A stretch of 64,000 nt of DNA from Haliotis cracherodii (GCF_022045235.1 NW_027266268.1:12648001-12712000); one strand, 5' to 3'. Shown: positions 10,301 to 23,759, numbered from the stretch's first letter. The notes: generated from the letters alone by a model not told the origin. Made by a program: numbers and translations.

Positions 10301-12044
10301 CTTGTAATGTTATTGTCTATTTATAGACACAGCACATAACTACCGTGTGGACATCGTCATTGTTACGCAGGATCAAATACTTATCTTAAATACACAGTAA
10401 AAATATAACTGTGTACGTTTAACACTGAATACCATCTTTGGATTACGAGGATCATTCGTCCATCTGAACTATACAATATACATGAAAGTACCAGATGAGT
10501 ACAGCCACCATGTCTGCCCTGTTGTCGACAACAGACGCCTACTGTGATGACTGATGCCGACACAGGATGACTTATTATGGATACAGAGTGTATAATGATG
10601 TATTATGATGATGGTACTTACTCAGTTGATGTAATTAACTGCAGATTCTGCTAGAGTAACTCTACCTGTATTACCTGTGTTTTGTACCTGGGAATCACGT
10701 ACTGGGGAATACCCTTCCAGATCACGTGGTGCGTTTACTGTCCAAGTATTGGCTTAAATATCATACAATGCACGCAGCACCCTAACTCAGAATGTTATCC
10801 TCACGACAAGCCCTGCAAGTACGAGTGTTGTCTGCTGGTGGTACAACATATTTAGCCACATCATTTCAAGTTGTCACTGGCTTTACATATTCTTTTTAAA
10901 AATAATCGCCAACGTTTCATGTTTTTTTCATTACACGCAGCTATACATTGCTCTCCTATCATACCAACAGAGCAGAAGTTCTTTTGATTCTTTCGTATCG
11001 TATGCTCTTATGCTCACATACAGCAACAAGAGACACAACACGTCATACTCTCTTAGAGGTCGTCGAAAGCTCAGCTCTTTATTCATACTGTTAAAATTAC
11101 TACGATTATATATATATTTTTTTTTTGGTAGACTTGCCCGTTCTCTGGGTCTTCTTGCAAAATAAATACTGACATAAAGTTTCCATAACAATTGGCATTG
11201 TCAGATATGCAAGGATATCATAAACAGTCAGGGAGGCTGGACATGCGTTGAGGGAAGTGATCCCAATTAGTTTTTTTTTCTAAGGATTGTTGCCGAATGT
11301 TGGAACCCATCTTACTCGTCCTCTGAACTGAGCAATGGGGCAGCATCGTTCAATACATACATATAGGGCAGGGACATAGAAAAGCTTTCTTCAAATCACA
11401 CTATCACAGTATGAATGTAGGGATCCACTATGACGTGCACAAGACCTGAATATACAGGAAGATGGGGGAGCAATCCTCATTAATCAGGATTGGTCATGTA
11501 ATCATACGCACGCACTCACACACGCACACACACATTCGCGCATATATGCACACACACACACACTCACACTCACTTCTCTGTTAGAGTACTCGTACTCGTA
11601 TGTCACAGATTGACAAAACGAAATGTGTTTGAACCAACAGGTGTTTAGTTTATTCCTAGTGTCTGACTTCTTACCTGAGGCAAGCCTGGAACTACTGAAT
11701 CCCGATCAGACAAACCAGTGATTAAAAGCAGAGGTAACATCATCGGGTCACGATGACACGCAATGAATCAAGTCGCAGAGCCTGATCACACTGTAAGTGG
11801 ATTTATCGGCCGTGCATGGAGTACGGGGGCAATGTTGCTCAGTATCCCAACAAGAGTGAGTGAGTAAGTATGGTTTTGCACCTCTTTTAGCAATAGTTCA
11901 GCAATATCACGGAGGGGACAACGAAAATGGGCTTCACACGTACCAACGTGGTTTTTTAACCATAAGGCTACCCCACCGCTACGAATCCCACCAGGAATTT
12001 TTTTTGAAGATTGTGTGAAAAATTAAAAGCTCTCTGTAAGGAAT

Positions 12045-12205
12045 NNNNNNNNNNNNNNNNNNNNNNNNNNNNNNNNNNNNNNNNNNNNNNNNNNNNNNNN
12101 NNNNNNNNNNNNNNNNNNNNNNNNNNNNNNNNNNNNNNNNNNNNNNNNNNNNNNNNNNNNNNNNNNNNNNNNNNNNNNNNNNNNNNNNNNNNNNNNNNNN
12201 NNNNN
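12045..12205. other. Assembly gap (N run); the homologous position is also a gap in copy B (51878-52058)
   Basis: Run of N with identical flanks in both copies. Confidence 0.99.
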
Positions 12206-14249
12206 AGTAAGTTATCTCCCTTTAGTTGTACAAGCCATCATTTCATAGTCTATTTATAGATACAGCACATCACTGTCTTACGTAGGATCGAATACATGTC
12301 CGAAATACACAGAAAACCAACAATCTGTACACTGAACACGAACATTTACATTATCATCGTCAATTTATCGAATCACTGCGTCCATCTGATCTCAACAGAC
12401 GAGGAAAGATTCCATATCCCCCTGTGTTTGACAACAGACGTGCCTGGCGTTCCTGAAACCTCCATGCCGTTACTTATACTGACTCGAGACCACACAAAAT
12501 ACAAACAGAAGGTATTATTGTGTCATTACTTACTCGGTTGATGTAATTAACTGCAGGATCTTCTTCTGCCTGTATTACCTGTGTTTTGTGCCCGGACAAC
12601 ACGCAAGGGGGATCCCCTTTACGCCAGATCACGTGGTGCGTTTACTGATCAGCTATTGGCACAAATCTCAAACAATACATGCAGCACACATGTTCAGACG
12701 TTTAACCCAACGACAAGCCTTGCAGGGACGTTTATTTTTACTGATTTAGCGACATGATTCCAAATTGCCACTACCCCAGAATGTTACAAGCGTTGTGCTA
12801 TTGACAATACCCACCTATATTGCTTTCATATCAGAGTCATTGACTAGATGATTGCTTACCTGGTTGATTTACTGATATTTGCATAGTTTATTTAACACGC
12901 TGAATCCGGCTCAATATTGTCTCGTATATTTGTCAATACTCCGTTTTTCAATCTGTTGGATATGAGCTAGGTAGCTGACACTAATGCTACATTTATATTC
13001 AATTTGTTTTATTTCTGATTAAATGACATAATATACTGATACGTATGTCTCATTTCCCTAAATGCATACCTTCTGTAACGACTGATTGTTTCACAGTGTG
13101 AAACAAATATTTCAAAACATCAAAAGTTTAATATCTGTAAATATCCCGTAAATCTGACATATGGTGGTGGCCATAGTTCCACAAACAATTCCATCAGTAT
13201 AAATATCACAAGTTGTGTACAGGATATAGGAAAGTAGTAACTCAAACAAAGCATAGGTTCCAAGTACACAGCGAGGGTGACTTGTCTTCACACCCTGTCG
13301 CAATCTCAGCTCTCAATTCACACCGAGATTGTAGCTCGTTGTGCTCATGGGTACAAGACTACGTGACAGACACTATTTAAGTCATGGGATCCGCTCATGT
13401 CTTCATGGATTCGGAGTAGTAGAAAAACAAAACGTTTACTGACGAACACTTTCCCCAGACTTCGGTTCACCCCGTCCACCCAGACGGACGCAGCATCTGA
13501 TGAAGGCCACGTATCACTGAGCGACATATTACAGGTCCACCTTCTGTAATGCACCTTTAACTCCATTGAAGAGAGGATGGCAAAGATATAAAGTTCTCAT
13601 AACAATCGACATTTTATCACTCAGGCAGGGGGCCAGAGACAGATAATTTAGACACTTATTGAGGGAAATTAGTTAGTTTTTTTTCCTAAGGACAGTTGGC
13701 ATAACAACTAAAATATACTTTGGATAAATACGGAATAAATACCAAAGACACCACAGAACTCAAGGACCGCCCAGTTTCTTTAAAGGATTCTGAGAATAAG
13801 GATTTTCAGACTTACTTAACTTGTCTTGTTCTCCTGGATATACCAATTGATAGATCGAATGGCATCTTCATGATGGGATTTAATATTACAACACTATTTA
13901 CATAAACAAGCACAGTTTATAAAAAACATGGACATCTATGTACATTATATATACAAGATTGACATCCCGTCTTTTCTCGGTATTTTACATACACTATTTA
14001 ATAGGCCAAAGAACATGATATTATTGTTCAATGGGCCAGTGAACAGTTTAATGTATTGTTACAGCTTTGCATGTACAGAGTGTGTAAGGTTTTACACAAC
14101 TTCCTCAGTAGTCCAACAATATCACAGAAGAGACACGAAGAAGGGGTGTCCTACATTGTGCACATGTACCAGGACGTTATTTATTCAACCATAAATGCAC
14201 CCAGTTGTCTTCTATGTTGGATACTGGATATTAGATTCATTCTTGTATT

Positions 14250-14605
14250 CACCCATGTACAGTTCCAGCAAGTTCTACACTGTATGTCACCCATGTACAG
14301 TTCCAGCAAGTTCTATATTTTATGGCATCAATGTACAGTTCCAGCAAGTTCTACACTTTATGTCATCCATGTACAGTTGCAGCAAGGTCCATATTTTATG
14401 TCATCCATGTACAGTTCCAGAGTGTTCTATAGTTTATGTCATCCTTGTACAGTTCCAGCAAGTTCTACACTTTATGTCATCCATGTACAGTTCCAGCAAG
14501 TTCTACACTTTATGTCATCAATGTACAGTTCCAGCAAGTTCTATATTTTATGTCATCAATGTACAGTTCCAGAAAGTTCTACACTGTATGTCATCTATGT
14601 ACGCG
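14250..14605. repeat. 38-bp minisatellite (~9 units) just 3' of BiP-like copy A
   Basis: Unit CATGTACAGTTCCAGCAAGTTCTACACTTTATGTCATC; ~15 units in copy B (54105-54687). Confidence 0.92.
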
Positions 14606-14687
14606 TACACAAGCATACACACATACACATTCATGCAAGCACACACACTTCCAGTTTCCCCATCCCTCCATTCCCAGGACTTCTCTA

Positions 14688-17600
14688 TTAGAGCTCATCA
14701 TGTGAAACGTTCTCTGTGTTGTCTGGTAGGATATGTTTCCTTCTCACAGCCTTCGCGTTCGTCCATTTGTCCCCGGCTCTGAGCTCAGCTTCCGTCTTCT
14801 CAATCATCTCCTTGTCCTCTTCAGCAAAGTCTTCAGCATCTTGTATCATTTTCTCAATATATTCAAGAGAAAGTCTGTCTCCGTCACTGTACGTAATCAC
14901 CATGTTGTTCTTGTTTCCAGTTCCTAAGTCCTCAGCCGTTACGTGCACAATGCCATTCACGTCGATTTCAAAGGTTATATTAATCTGTGGAAGCCCACTT
15001 CTCGCAGGGCGGATTCCTGTTAAGTCAAATTGTCCCAGGAAATGGCTGTTCTTTGTCATCGTCCTCTCGCCTTCATAGACACGAATTGTCATCTCCTCTT
15101 GGTCGTGTTGTGTTGTTGTGAACTGCTGTGTCCTCCTGGTGGGGATCATTGTGTTGCGAGGGATGACCTTTGCCATGAAGCCTCCGATGGTCTCAATGCC
15201 GAGACTCAAGGGACTGTAGTCGCCACACAAAATGATCTCACTCCCGCCATTCCCAGCCAGCACTCCTCCCTGGACAGCTGCTCCGTACGCGACAACCTCT
15301 TCTGGGTTGATGCCCCTCATTGGTTCCTGGAATACAACAGTTACAAAGTAAAGGTCCCATTATAACGACAGATGACTTAGGTCACACTCTTAATCGACCT
15401 GCAGGTACATTCATGTAGGTCACACCAATAATCAAAGCGGGTGTGCATATAGGTTCCAACCAATGTAGCTCACATCTTCAGTCGACCTACAGGTGTATAT
15501 AGTTCCATATAAACCACACACTTAATCATCCCCGCAGGTACATATATGTAGGCCACCACCCGAAACCGTCTCGGGAACATGATGAATACTTCACGTCTTC
15601 AGATGATGTCTGTCGATAGGCCAAACATGTCTCCTATAAACAGTATTTCGACAATAGATGACTACGGCTACACCCTTAATCAAGCCCCAGGTAAACATAG
15701 GTTCTATGCAGACCCTGCAGTTACATATTTTCGGATATATCAACAGTACCTGTAATGGATATGTCAACAATGCCCATTACGGATAGGTCATCGGTACATA
15801 TAACGGATATGTCATCAGTACATATAACGGATATGTCATCAGTACATATAACGGATATGTCACCAGAACACATAATATATATGTCGACAGTGTATGTAAC
15901 GGATACTGGTATGCCATCAGTACACAACGGATACGCCAATAGTATGTGTAACAGACACACAGTAAACGTAACTGATTGGTCAACAGTGCATGTAACGGAT
16001 ACGTCACCAGTACACATAACGGATATGTCAAATGTATATGTAACGAATATGTTAACAGTTCATGATACGGTATGGTCAACAGTTCACATAACGGATATGT
16101 CAACAGTACACATAACGGATATATCAACAGTACACATAACGGATATATCAACAGTACACATAACGGATATGTCAACAGTACACATAACGGATATGTGTTA
16201 TAACCTTTAATCCTGTTGTACTATGTAATCCTTTTCAGATCAGAAAGATCATTCAGTGATCGAGTTGTTCTCGATCCTCTACCTTTCATGTTAGTGAATG
16301 GAATCCATGGTAGTCAGCCAGGGTACGGTCAGGTGAGACGTCTTTGAACTGACCATGAGCTTCAAGTATTCAAGTATCAACCCAACTCTGCTGTGCAGGC
16401 TCCACCTGAACACCAGATGCCCGTGTCTCATCACCTACCCAGTACCTGAACATCGGTAGTCAGTCAGGGTGTCTTAGTGTGAGACTTCTTGGAATTGACC
16501 ATGAGCTTCAAGTATTTACTCTATCAACTCCACTCTGCTGTGAAGGCCCCTACCTGAACACCAGATACCCGTGTCTCATCACCTACCCAGTACCCGAACC
16601 TGAGGAGCGTACAGCTAAAAAAGCCTGTTCTGGCAAAGTCAGTATATATGAATTTTACATTTCACAATACTGTATATTTTAGTTGATTGAATTTAATTGA
16701 CAATTAACAGGTTGTTATATTCCCGAGATCAAGTTGCACTTACCTTCCTGTCAAAGAACTCCTTTACAAGTTGCTGAATCTTGGGTATCTCAGTTGATTC
16801 TCCGACCATTATGATTTCATGGATGTCCGTCCTGTTCAAACTTGCCTCATTCAAAGCGAGCTGCATGTAACTTAAAGTTGATTCAAACAAGTCCTGACAA
16901 AAGAAAAAGGTTACAGTAATAGAACGCTTATGATATGACAATGCAGCATCATTTAAGACTTGGGTTAACATCTTAGTTCTTGGGAATTAACTTTGCCCTC
17001 AGTTATTGAAGGTTCATGATTTATATTTATAAAATGTGTATATGTACTGTGTTAAGTTCCTCCAGCTTGGCTCTCGTGAGGACTTCAGAGAAATCATGGC
17101 CGCCCATGAGAGACTCGATCTCCACCCTGGTCTGATGCTGGGAGGACAGGGCTCTCTTCGCCTTCTCCACCTCACGACGCAGTTTCTTGATGGCCCCACT
17201 GTCCCCCCGTAGGTCCTGACTCGTCCTCTTCTTGTATTGTTTGATAAAGAACTCTATTACTCTCTGGTCGATGTCTTGACCACCTACAAGAGAATGCATG
17301 GACTTTCAAAGAGATTAAATGATATAAATAAAAGACGACAATATAGTGGGTTTTTTCAAATGTTGTGTTATTAATTGATTGAATAATATGTGACTGTTGA
17401 TTCCGTTGAAGAATAAATTTACAGCTGTTTTCACTCACACAGAAATCGTATTAGTAATTAACTGGAGCTGAATGTTATGTCAAGTATGTTCAGTGTATTT
17501 GCAAACATTCCTCGGAAAAAAGAAAGAACAATATCTCCAGAAACAGCACATGGAGAACATTTGATCGATACAACAGCATGTATGAATGTAACGGGCACTC

Positions 17601-20600
17601 GTTATGTGGTAGGTATCTGGTAAATTCGATCTGACTTCAAGTGACTTCAGAAAAGTCGTAGTTTCTCAAAGTTTGTTTTTACAGAGAAATATACCTTGAT
17701 GTGTGTCTCCGTTCACTTTGTGTATACAAGGCATCACTAGACAAGTGGTGCAACAGTAGGATGAGATTTAGATATACAACTTACCTAGATGTGTGTCTCC
17801 GTTCACTTCATGAATACATGGTAAACCCGCAGTGAAAACAGTAGGATGAGGTCATAGGTGACCCACATGTCCACATCTACACTGTCAACATGCTTACCTA
17901 GATGTGTGTCTCCGTTAGTGGCCACAACTTCAAACACGCCGTAGTCGGTGTTGACGATTGATACGTCAAACGTCCCCACTCCCAAGTCAAACACAAGGAT
18001 ATTCTTTTCACCGTCTGACTTGTCAAGGCCGTACGCTACTGAGGCAGCAATTCTACAAAATACAGGTTATGTTACCACCACCATCATCAATCATCATCCA
18101 TCATCATCCATCCATCTAACCAACCATCCATCCATCCTAATTGTATCCTTGAACCAAATGTGTGACCTTGCGTTTTTTGGTCAAATATTGTATAAAGTGT
18201 GTTTTATTGTTGTGTTTATTGTTGTGACACTCGAGAGAAGACTTTGAGTGATTTGAGGATCAGCGATACTTTCACAAGTAACCGCAGCACCTCATAGTGG
18301 CCAATCTGCAGTCTTATAGAAGGAAGTAATTACGTCTAAACATGAGGGGGAATTAACTTTAGACGACGGTGCCTTGCATCTTTTAAAATTAATGACCTGG
18401 CAGGGTTCGCACAAAAGAGAGGTGGGTTTAAATGGGTGTACCGTCGCGTTCGAGATTATTGCACTTATATAGCGACGTGCATTCCCAGCCGACCATTCCC
18501 TTAATGCACCAAGCAAGGTCCACAGAAAGGGATCTACCAAGGGTCGAGTCAGTATATGATATGCAGTTAAATGTGTGCATTTCGATATAACAATACTTGC
18601 AAAACCAACAGTTGGTTGTAAAGAATAGGCGACATCAAGACACAAACGGTTCATTGATTAGACGTAGAATGTTCAGCCCAGCGATGGTGCCGGCATCTTT
18701 GGTTGCCATCCTCTGGGCGTCATTGAAGTAGGCGGGGACGGTGACAACAGCATTGGTGACGTTCTGGGTCAGGTACGTCTCTGCTATCTCCTTCATCTTC
18801 GACAACATCATCGCCGAGATCTCCTCCGGAGCGAACACCTTGTCCTCTGACCCAACTTTAACTTGGATGTGGGGTTTGTTGTCCTCGTTTATTACCTGAT
18901 TAATAAACATGTTGATAATTGTCTTTTAGCCAAACGTTAACCGGATTTCCTTCTTCTTTCCTGACAAATATACACTCTACAAAACGCCTTTTTAGTGCTT
19001 GTATTTGCTTGAAAAATCCCCCAACCGAATTAGTAACCATCTGTGAAGATTAAACTGGCTAATGTATGAGCGAATATGGGACACACGAAAATCTTTTGAT
19101 GCTTAAAGTAATATTGACACTGCCCTTTATAGAAGTTGTTGTTGTTGTTTGTTGTTTAATATTCCAGCAATATTCCAGCTAATTGACGGTGGTCTCTAAA
19201 TAATCGAGTCTGGACCAGACAATCCAGTGATTCACATCATGAGCATCGATCCACGCAATTGGGATACGAAGTCAGCGAGCCTGACCACCCGATCCCGTTA
19301 GTCACCTCTTACGACAAGCAAAGCCGCATTTTACGTCATGCATGGTTTGCTGAAGACCTATCCTACCCTGGATCTTCACGTTTCTTTTACAGATTAATAA
19401 ACAACTGAGAAGTGCCAGATTAATACACAAATGTTAGTGTAATTACCGCTCACCTTGAAAGGATATCGTTGTAGTTCCCGCTGCACGGAAGGGTCATCAC
19501 AGGTGCGGCCAATCAGACGCTTGACGTCAAAGACGGTGTTCTCTGGGTTGGTGGTCAGTTGGTTCCTGGCTGCGTGTCCGATCAGGGTCTCCCCATCCGG
19601 AGTGAATGCCACAAAGGAGGGGGTGATCCTGTTCCCTTGTTCATCGGGGATGATCTCAACATTGTCATTTCGGAACACGCCAACACTGAAACATTACACA
19701 ACGACAAATGCATATGTTTTTCATTTCCAGTTATAATGATTCCTCATAGATCCATGGCATACTGAGAGGGGGAACCAGCTGAACCGTGGAGACACGAAGG
19801 TGTGCCAGAACGCTTTATGGCCGAGGATTTAATTCCAAGTTTGACCCCGATCATAATTCTATGGTTTGTCTGCACTATATCCGTATGCTGTGTGTTTACT
19901 ACGGTTGGTATAGGTATTTTTTGTACTCACGAGGTGAAGGTCGTCCCAAGACATGGTGTTTACTAGAGTTAGTATAGGTTTTTGTATACTCACCAGGTGA
20001 AGATTTGTTCCAATACATGGTGTTTAATACAGTTGGTATTAGTATGTGTGTACTCACCAGGTGAAGATTGTTCGAAGACATGGTGTTTACTACAGTTGCT
20101 ATAGTTATTTGTGTACTCACCAGGGGAAGCTTGTTCCAAGACATGGTTTTTTATACAGTTGGTATTGGTATTTGTATATTCACCAGGAGAAGGTTGTTCC
20201 CAGACTTTGTGTATACTACAGTGGGTATTTGTATTTGTGTACTCACCAGGTGAAGGTTGTTCCAAGACATGGTGTGTACTACAGTTGATATATGTATATG
20301 TGTACTCACCAGGTGAAGGTTGTTCCAAGACATGGTGTGTACTACAGTTGATATATGTATATGTGTACTCACTAGGTGAAGGTTGTTCCAAGACATGGTG
20401 TGTACTACAGTTGATATATGTATATGTGTACTCACCAGGTGAAGGTTGTTCCAAGACATGGTGTGTACTACAGTTGATATATGTATCTGTATACTCATCA
20501 GGTGAAGGTTGTTCCAAGACATGGTGTGTACTACAGTTGATATATGTATATGTGTACTCACCAGCAGGTGAAGGTTGTTCCCAGACATGGTGTGTACTAC

Positions 20601-22027
20601 AGTTGATATATGTATCTGTATACTCATCAGGTGAAGGTTGTTCCAAGACATGGTGTGTACTACAGTTGATATATGTATATGTGTACTCACCAGGTGAAGG
20701 TTGTTCCAAGACATGGTGTGTACTACAGTTGATATATGTATATGTGTACTCACCAGGTGAAGGTTGTTCCAAGACATGGTGTGTACTACAGTTGATATAT
20801 GTATATGTGTACTCACCAGGTGAAGGTTGTTCCAAGACATGGTGTGTACTACAGTTGATATATGTATATGTGTACTCACCAGTTGAAGGTTGTTCCCAGA
20901 CATGGTGCGTACTACAGTTGGTATAGGTATCTGTGTACTCAACAAATGAAGATTGTTCTAAGACATGGTGTGTAATACAGTTGGTATAGGTATTTGTGTA
21001 CTCACCAGGTGAAGGTTGTTCCCAGACTTTGTGTGTACTACAGTTGGTATAGGTATTTGTATATTCACCAGGAGAAGGTTGTTCCCAGACTTTGTGTATA
21101 CTACAGTTGGTATAGGTATTTGTGTACTCACCAGGGGAAGATTTGTTCCAAGACATGGTGTGTACTACAGTTGGTATATGTATATGTGTACTCACCAGAT
21201 GAAGGTTGTTCCCAGACTTTGTGTATACTACAGTTGATATATGTATATGTGTACTCATCAGGTGAAGGTTGTTCCAAGACATGGTGTGTACTACAGTGGA
21301 TATATGTATCTGTATACTCATCAGGTGAAGGTTGTTCCAAGACATGGTGTGTACTACAGTTGATATATGTATATGTGTACTCACCAGCAGGTGAAGGTTG
21401 TTCCCAGACATGGTGCGTACTACAGTTGGTATAGGTATCTGTGTACTCACCAGTTGAAGGTTGTTCCAAGACATGGTGTGTACTACAGTTGATATATGTA
21501 TATGTGTACTCACCAGTTGAAGGTTGTTCCCAGACATGGTGCGTACTACAGTTGGTATAGGTATCTGTGTACTCAACATATGAAGATTGTTCTAAGACAT
21601 GGTGTGTACTACAGTTGGTATAGGTATTTGTGTACTCACCAGGTGAAGGTTGTTCCCAGACTTTGTGTGTACTACAATTGGTATAGGTATTTGTATACTC
21701 ACCAGGTGAAGGTTGTTCCCAGACATGGTGTGTACTACAGTTGGTATAGGTATTTGTATACTCACCAGTTGAAGGTTGTTCCCAGACATGGTGTGTACTT
21801 CAGTTGGTATAGGTATATTTGTATACTCACCAGGTGAAGGTTGTTCCCAGACATGGTGTGTACTACAGTTGGTATAGGTGTTTGTGTACTCACCAGGTGA
21901 AGGTTGTTCCCAGGTCTATTCCAATAACAGGTTCGAGATCTTCAACATCCGGGGGAGTCGTGCAGGCTTGCACGTGCCAACATGTTGTCAATAGCAACAG
22001 CCCTACACATGTGGGTATTGTACGCAT
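14688..22027 (-). CDS. Divergent ER HSP70 (BiP/GRP78/HSPA5-like), copy A, ~597 aa; coding exons 22027-21894, 19685-19454, 18895-18648, 18052-17898, 17283-17048, 16893-16744, 15326-14688
   Basis: All introns are GT-AG and phase-compatible. N-terminal signal-peptide-like [21 protein letters not shown]; HSP70 motifs [31 protein letters not shown] and PLSLGIET; C-terminal HDEL*. Confidence 0.92.
15735..16200. repeat. 24-bp intronic minisatellite (also 55805-56250)
   Basis: Unit ~CAGTACACATAACGGATATGTCAA, degenerate. Confidence 0.85.
19925..21912. repeat. 63-bp tandem array (~31 units) derived from the exon1/intron1 junction of BiP-like copy A
   Basis: The minus-strand unit contains GGAACAACCTTCACCTG|GTGAGTACAC, identical to the real junction at 21894/21893. 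Period is 63 (e.g. 20241 to 20304). Confidence 0.93.
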
Positions 22028-22209
22028 GTTGTTGTGTCTGTTTAGCTGTCGGAAATAATCGGACTGGGATAAAGAAACTCCGCCGTGTGACACCCGAGTG
22101 TAAACCAAACCAGTGGTCAGTACTTGTATTCTGTAAAAGACAACAAGTGACGATTGATACGAGAACAGGCTATATGCAAATCCGCTTGATATCTAAGCAT
22201 GACATTCCG

Positions 22210-23010
22210 CCACCACTGCTACTACCACCTTCATAACTACTACCACTACTACTACTACTCCTCCTCCTACTACTACCACTACTACTACCATCATCACAAC
22301 TACTACCACTACTACTACCGCTGCTGCTGCTCCGCCTCCCCTACTACTACTACCACTGCTACTACAACCACTACTACTACTACCGCTGATGCTACTATTC
22401 CTACTACCACTGCTACTCCGCCTCTTGTTACTACTACTACTTCCACTGCTACTAATGATACTACTACCTCTGCTGTTGCTGCTGCTGCTACTACTACCAG
22501 TACTACTATCACTGCTACTATTGTAACTGTTACTACTACTACTACTACTACTACTATTACTACTAATGCTCCTACTCCTTATAGGGGTACTACTACTGCG
22601 ACTACTTCTTCTTCTAGTTCTACTACTCCTACTCCGACCGCTACTACTACTACCGCTGCTGCTGCTGCTACTAGTAATACTCCTACTACTGCTACTACTG
22701 TTATAACTGCTGCTACTACTACTCCTACTACTACAACTCCTACTATTAGTGCTACTACTGTTATTACTGCTACTACTACTCATACTTCTGCTACTACTAC
22801 TAATACTGCTACGCATTCTACTTATACTACTACTATTACTAATATTGCTACTACTACTACTACAACTACTGCTGCTACTACTACTGCTACCTCTTGTCAC
22901 TAGCACCACTACCACAAATACTTACTCAACTATAACTACTACTAATATTACTACTTCTACTACTTCAAACTACTCCTGCCACTACTACTACTATTACTGT
23001 TCCCACTGAT
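22210..23010. repeat. Degenerate (CTA)n-type trinucleotide tract (also 61943-62730)
   Basis: CTA/CTG/CCA triplet runs over ~800 bp; these produce spurious poly-Ser/Thr/Leu ORFs. Confidence 0.9.
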
Positions 23011-23500
23011 GCTGATGCTATTACCAGTCATTACAAGTACGACTTATATTATTTCATTTCACTTATCTCTGCTGTTCTTGTTACTGTTGCTATAGTTACT
23101 ACACGTATTAAGACTTATGTAAGAGGCGGCAAAATGGATTAGGCAGCCAGTCTCGGTCACTTGGTATATTGCGACTCATCGTACCCGACGGCGTGGCACT
23201 TTGCTCAGAATATCAACCACTGGTATGTCTAGCTGATACACCTGAATTGGTGTAAGTGTGACTACTACCACTACTGCGACAACCGCTTCTATTGTTGCAA
23301 TACGACCAAAACTCAATAATAACTACGTTTTAATATTGTTTTTCTATCAAATTGTGTATTTTGATTAATCTATCAAACAATATTGTGACATTTGTTACTC
23401 TATAAAAAAACATTGTTTCGTTTCGGATACGATCCCTCTTTCGATCAACGCTCGGAAAACATTGACCAATCAAACATCAAGTTAAAATTAGCTCACGTAC

Positions 23501-23759
23501 CTGTGTTGTCAATGAAATACGTCTGAAGGCTGTTATCGTTCCTGGCTACGGATTGTGTCATTTTCCCAACATCTTTGTTGTCACATGGAGAGTACAGAGA
23601 GACCATTACAAACATGTTACCATGGTGTTTTATAGAGCTGTATTCGCGAGAGTAGAGACACAGAGAACCATCATATCAGCCAGCATAGATATATCCCGCC
23701 TCCATCGGCGTGGCCTATATCGACTGGGTAGCGATACCGGATTCATACTCACTGATTGG
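23501..23759 (-). promoter_or_regulatory. Putative promoter and 5' non-coding exon of BiP-like copy A (copy B ~63225-63483)
   Basis: Minus-strand CCAAT at 23759-23755, ERSE-like CCAGT-N9-CCACG at 23727-23709, TATAAAA at 23634-23628, donor CAG|GTACGT at 23500 and acceptor TTTTACAG at 22131. Confidence 0.5.

Noticed and set aside
12011-12259. ORFs containing X runs (also 51182-52101)
   Set aside because: Artefacts of N gaps.
14056-14782. Plus-strand 195-287-aa ORFs next to BiP-like 3' ends (also 53910-54813)
   Set aside because: Made of the 38-bp minisatellite.
19990-21579. 529-aa ORF (and the 318-aa ORF at 60035-60991) of 21-aa repeats
   Set aside because: By-product of a 63-bp (3n) tandem array inside a BiP-like intron; open in several frames and on both strands.
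19925-21912. CRISPR-like array
   Set aside because: Units are head-to-tail with no unique spacers, there are no cas genes, and the context is a eukaryotic intron. The same applies to the 47-bp array.
22193-23009. Mucin-like Thr-rich / Ser-rich ORFs
   Set aside because: Degenerate trinucleotide microsatellite with no splice or domain support.
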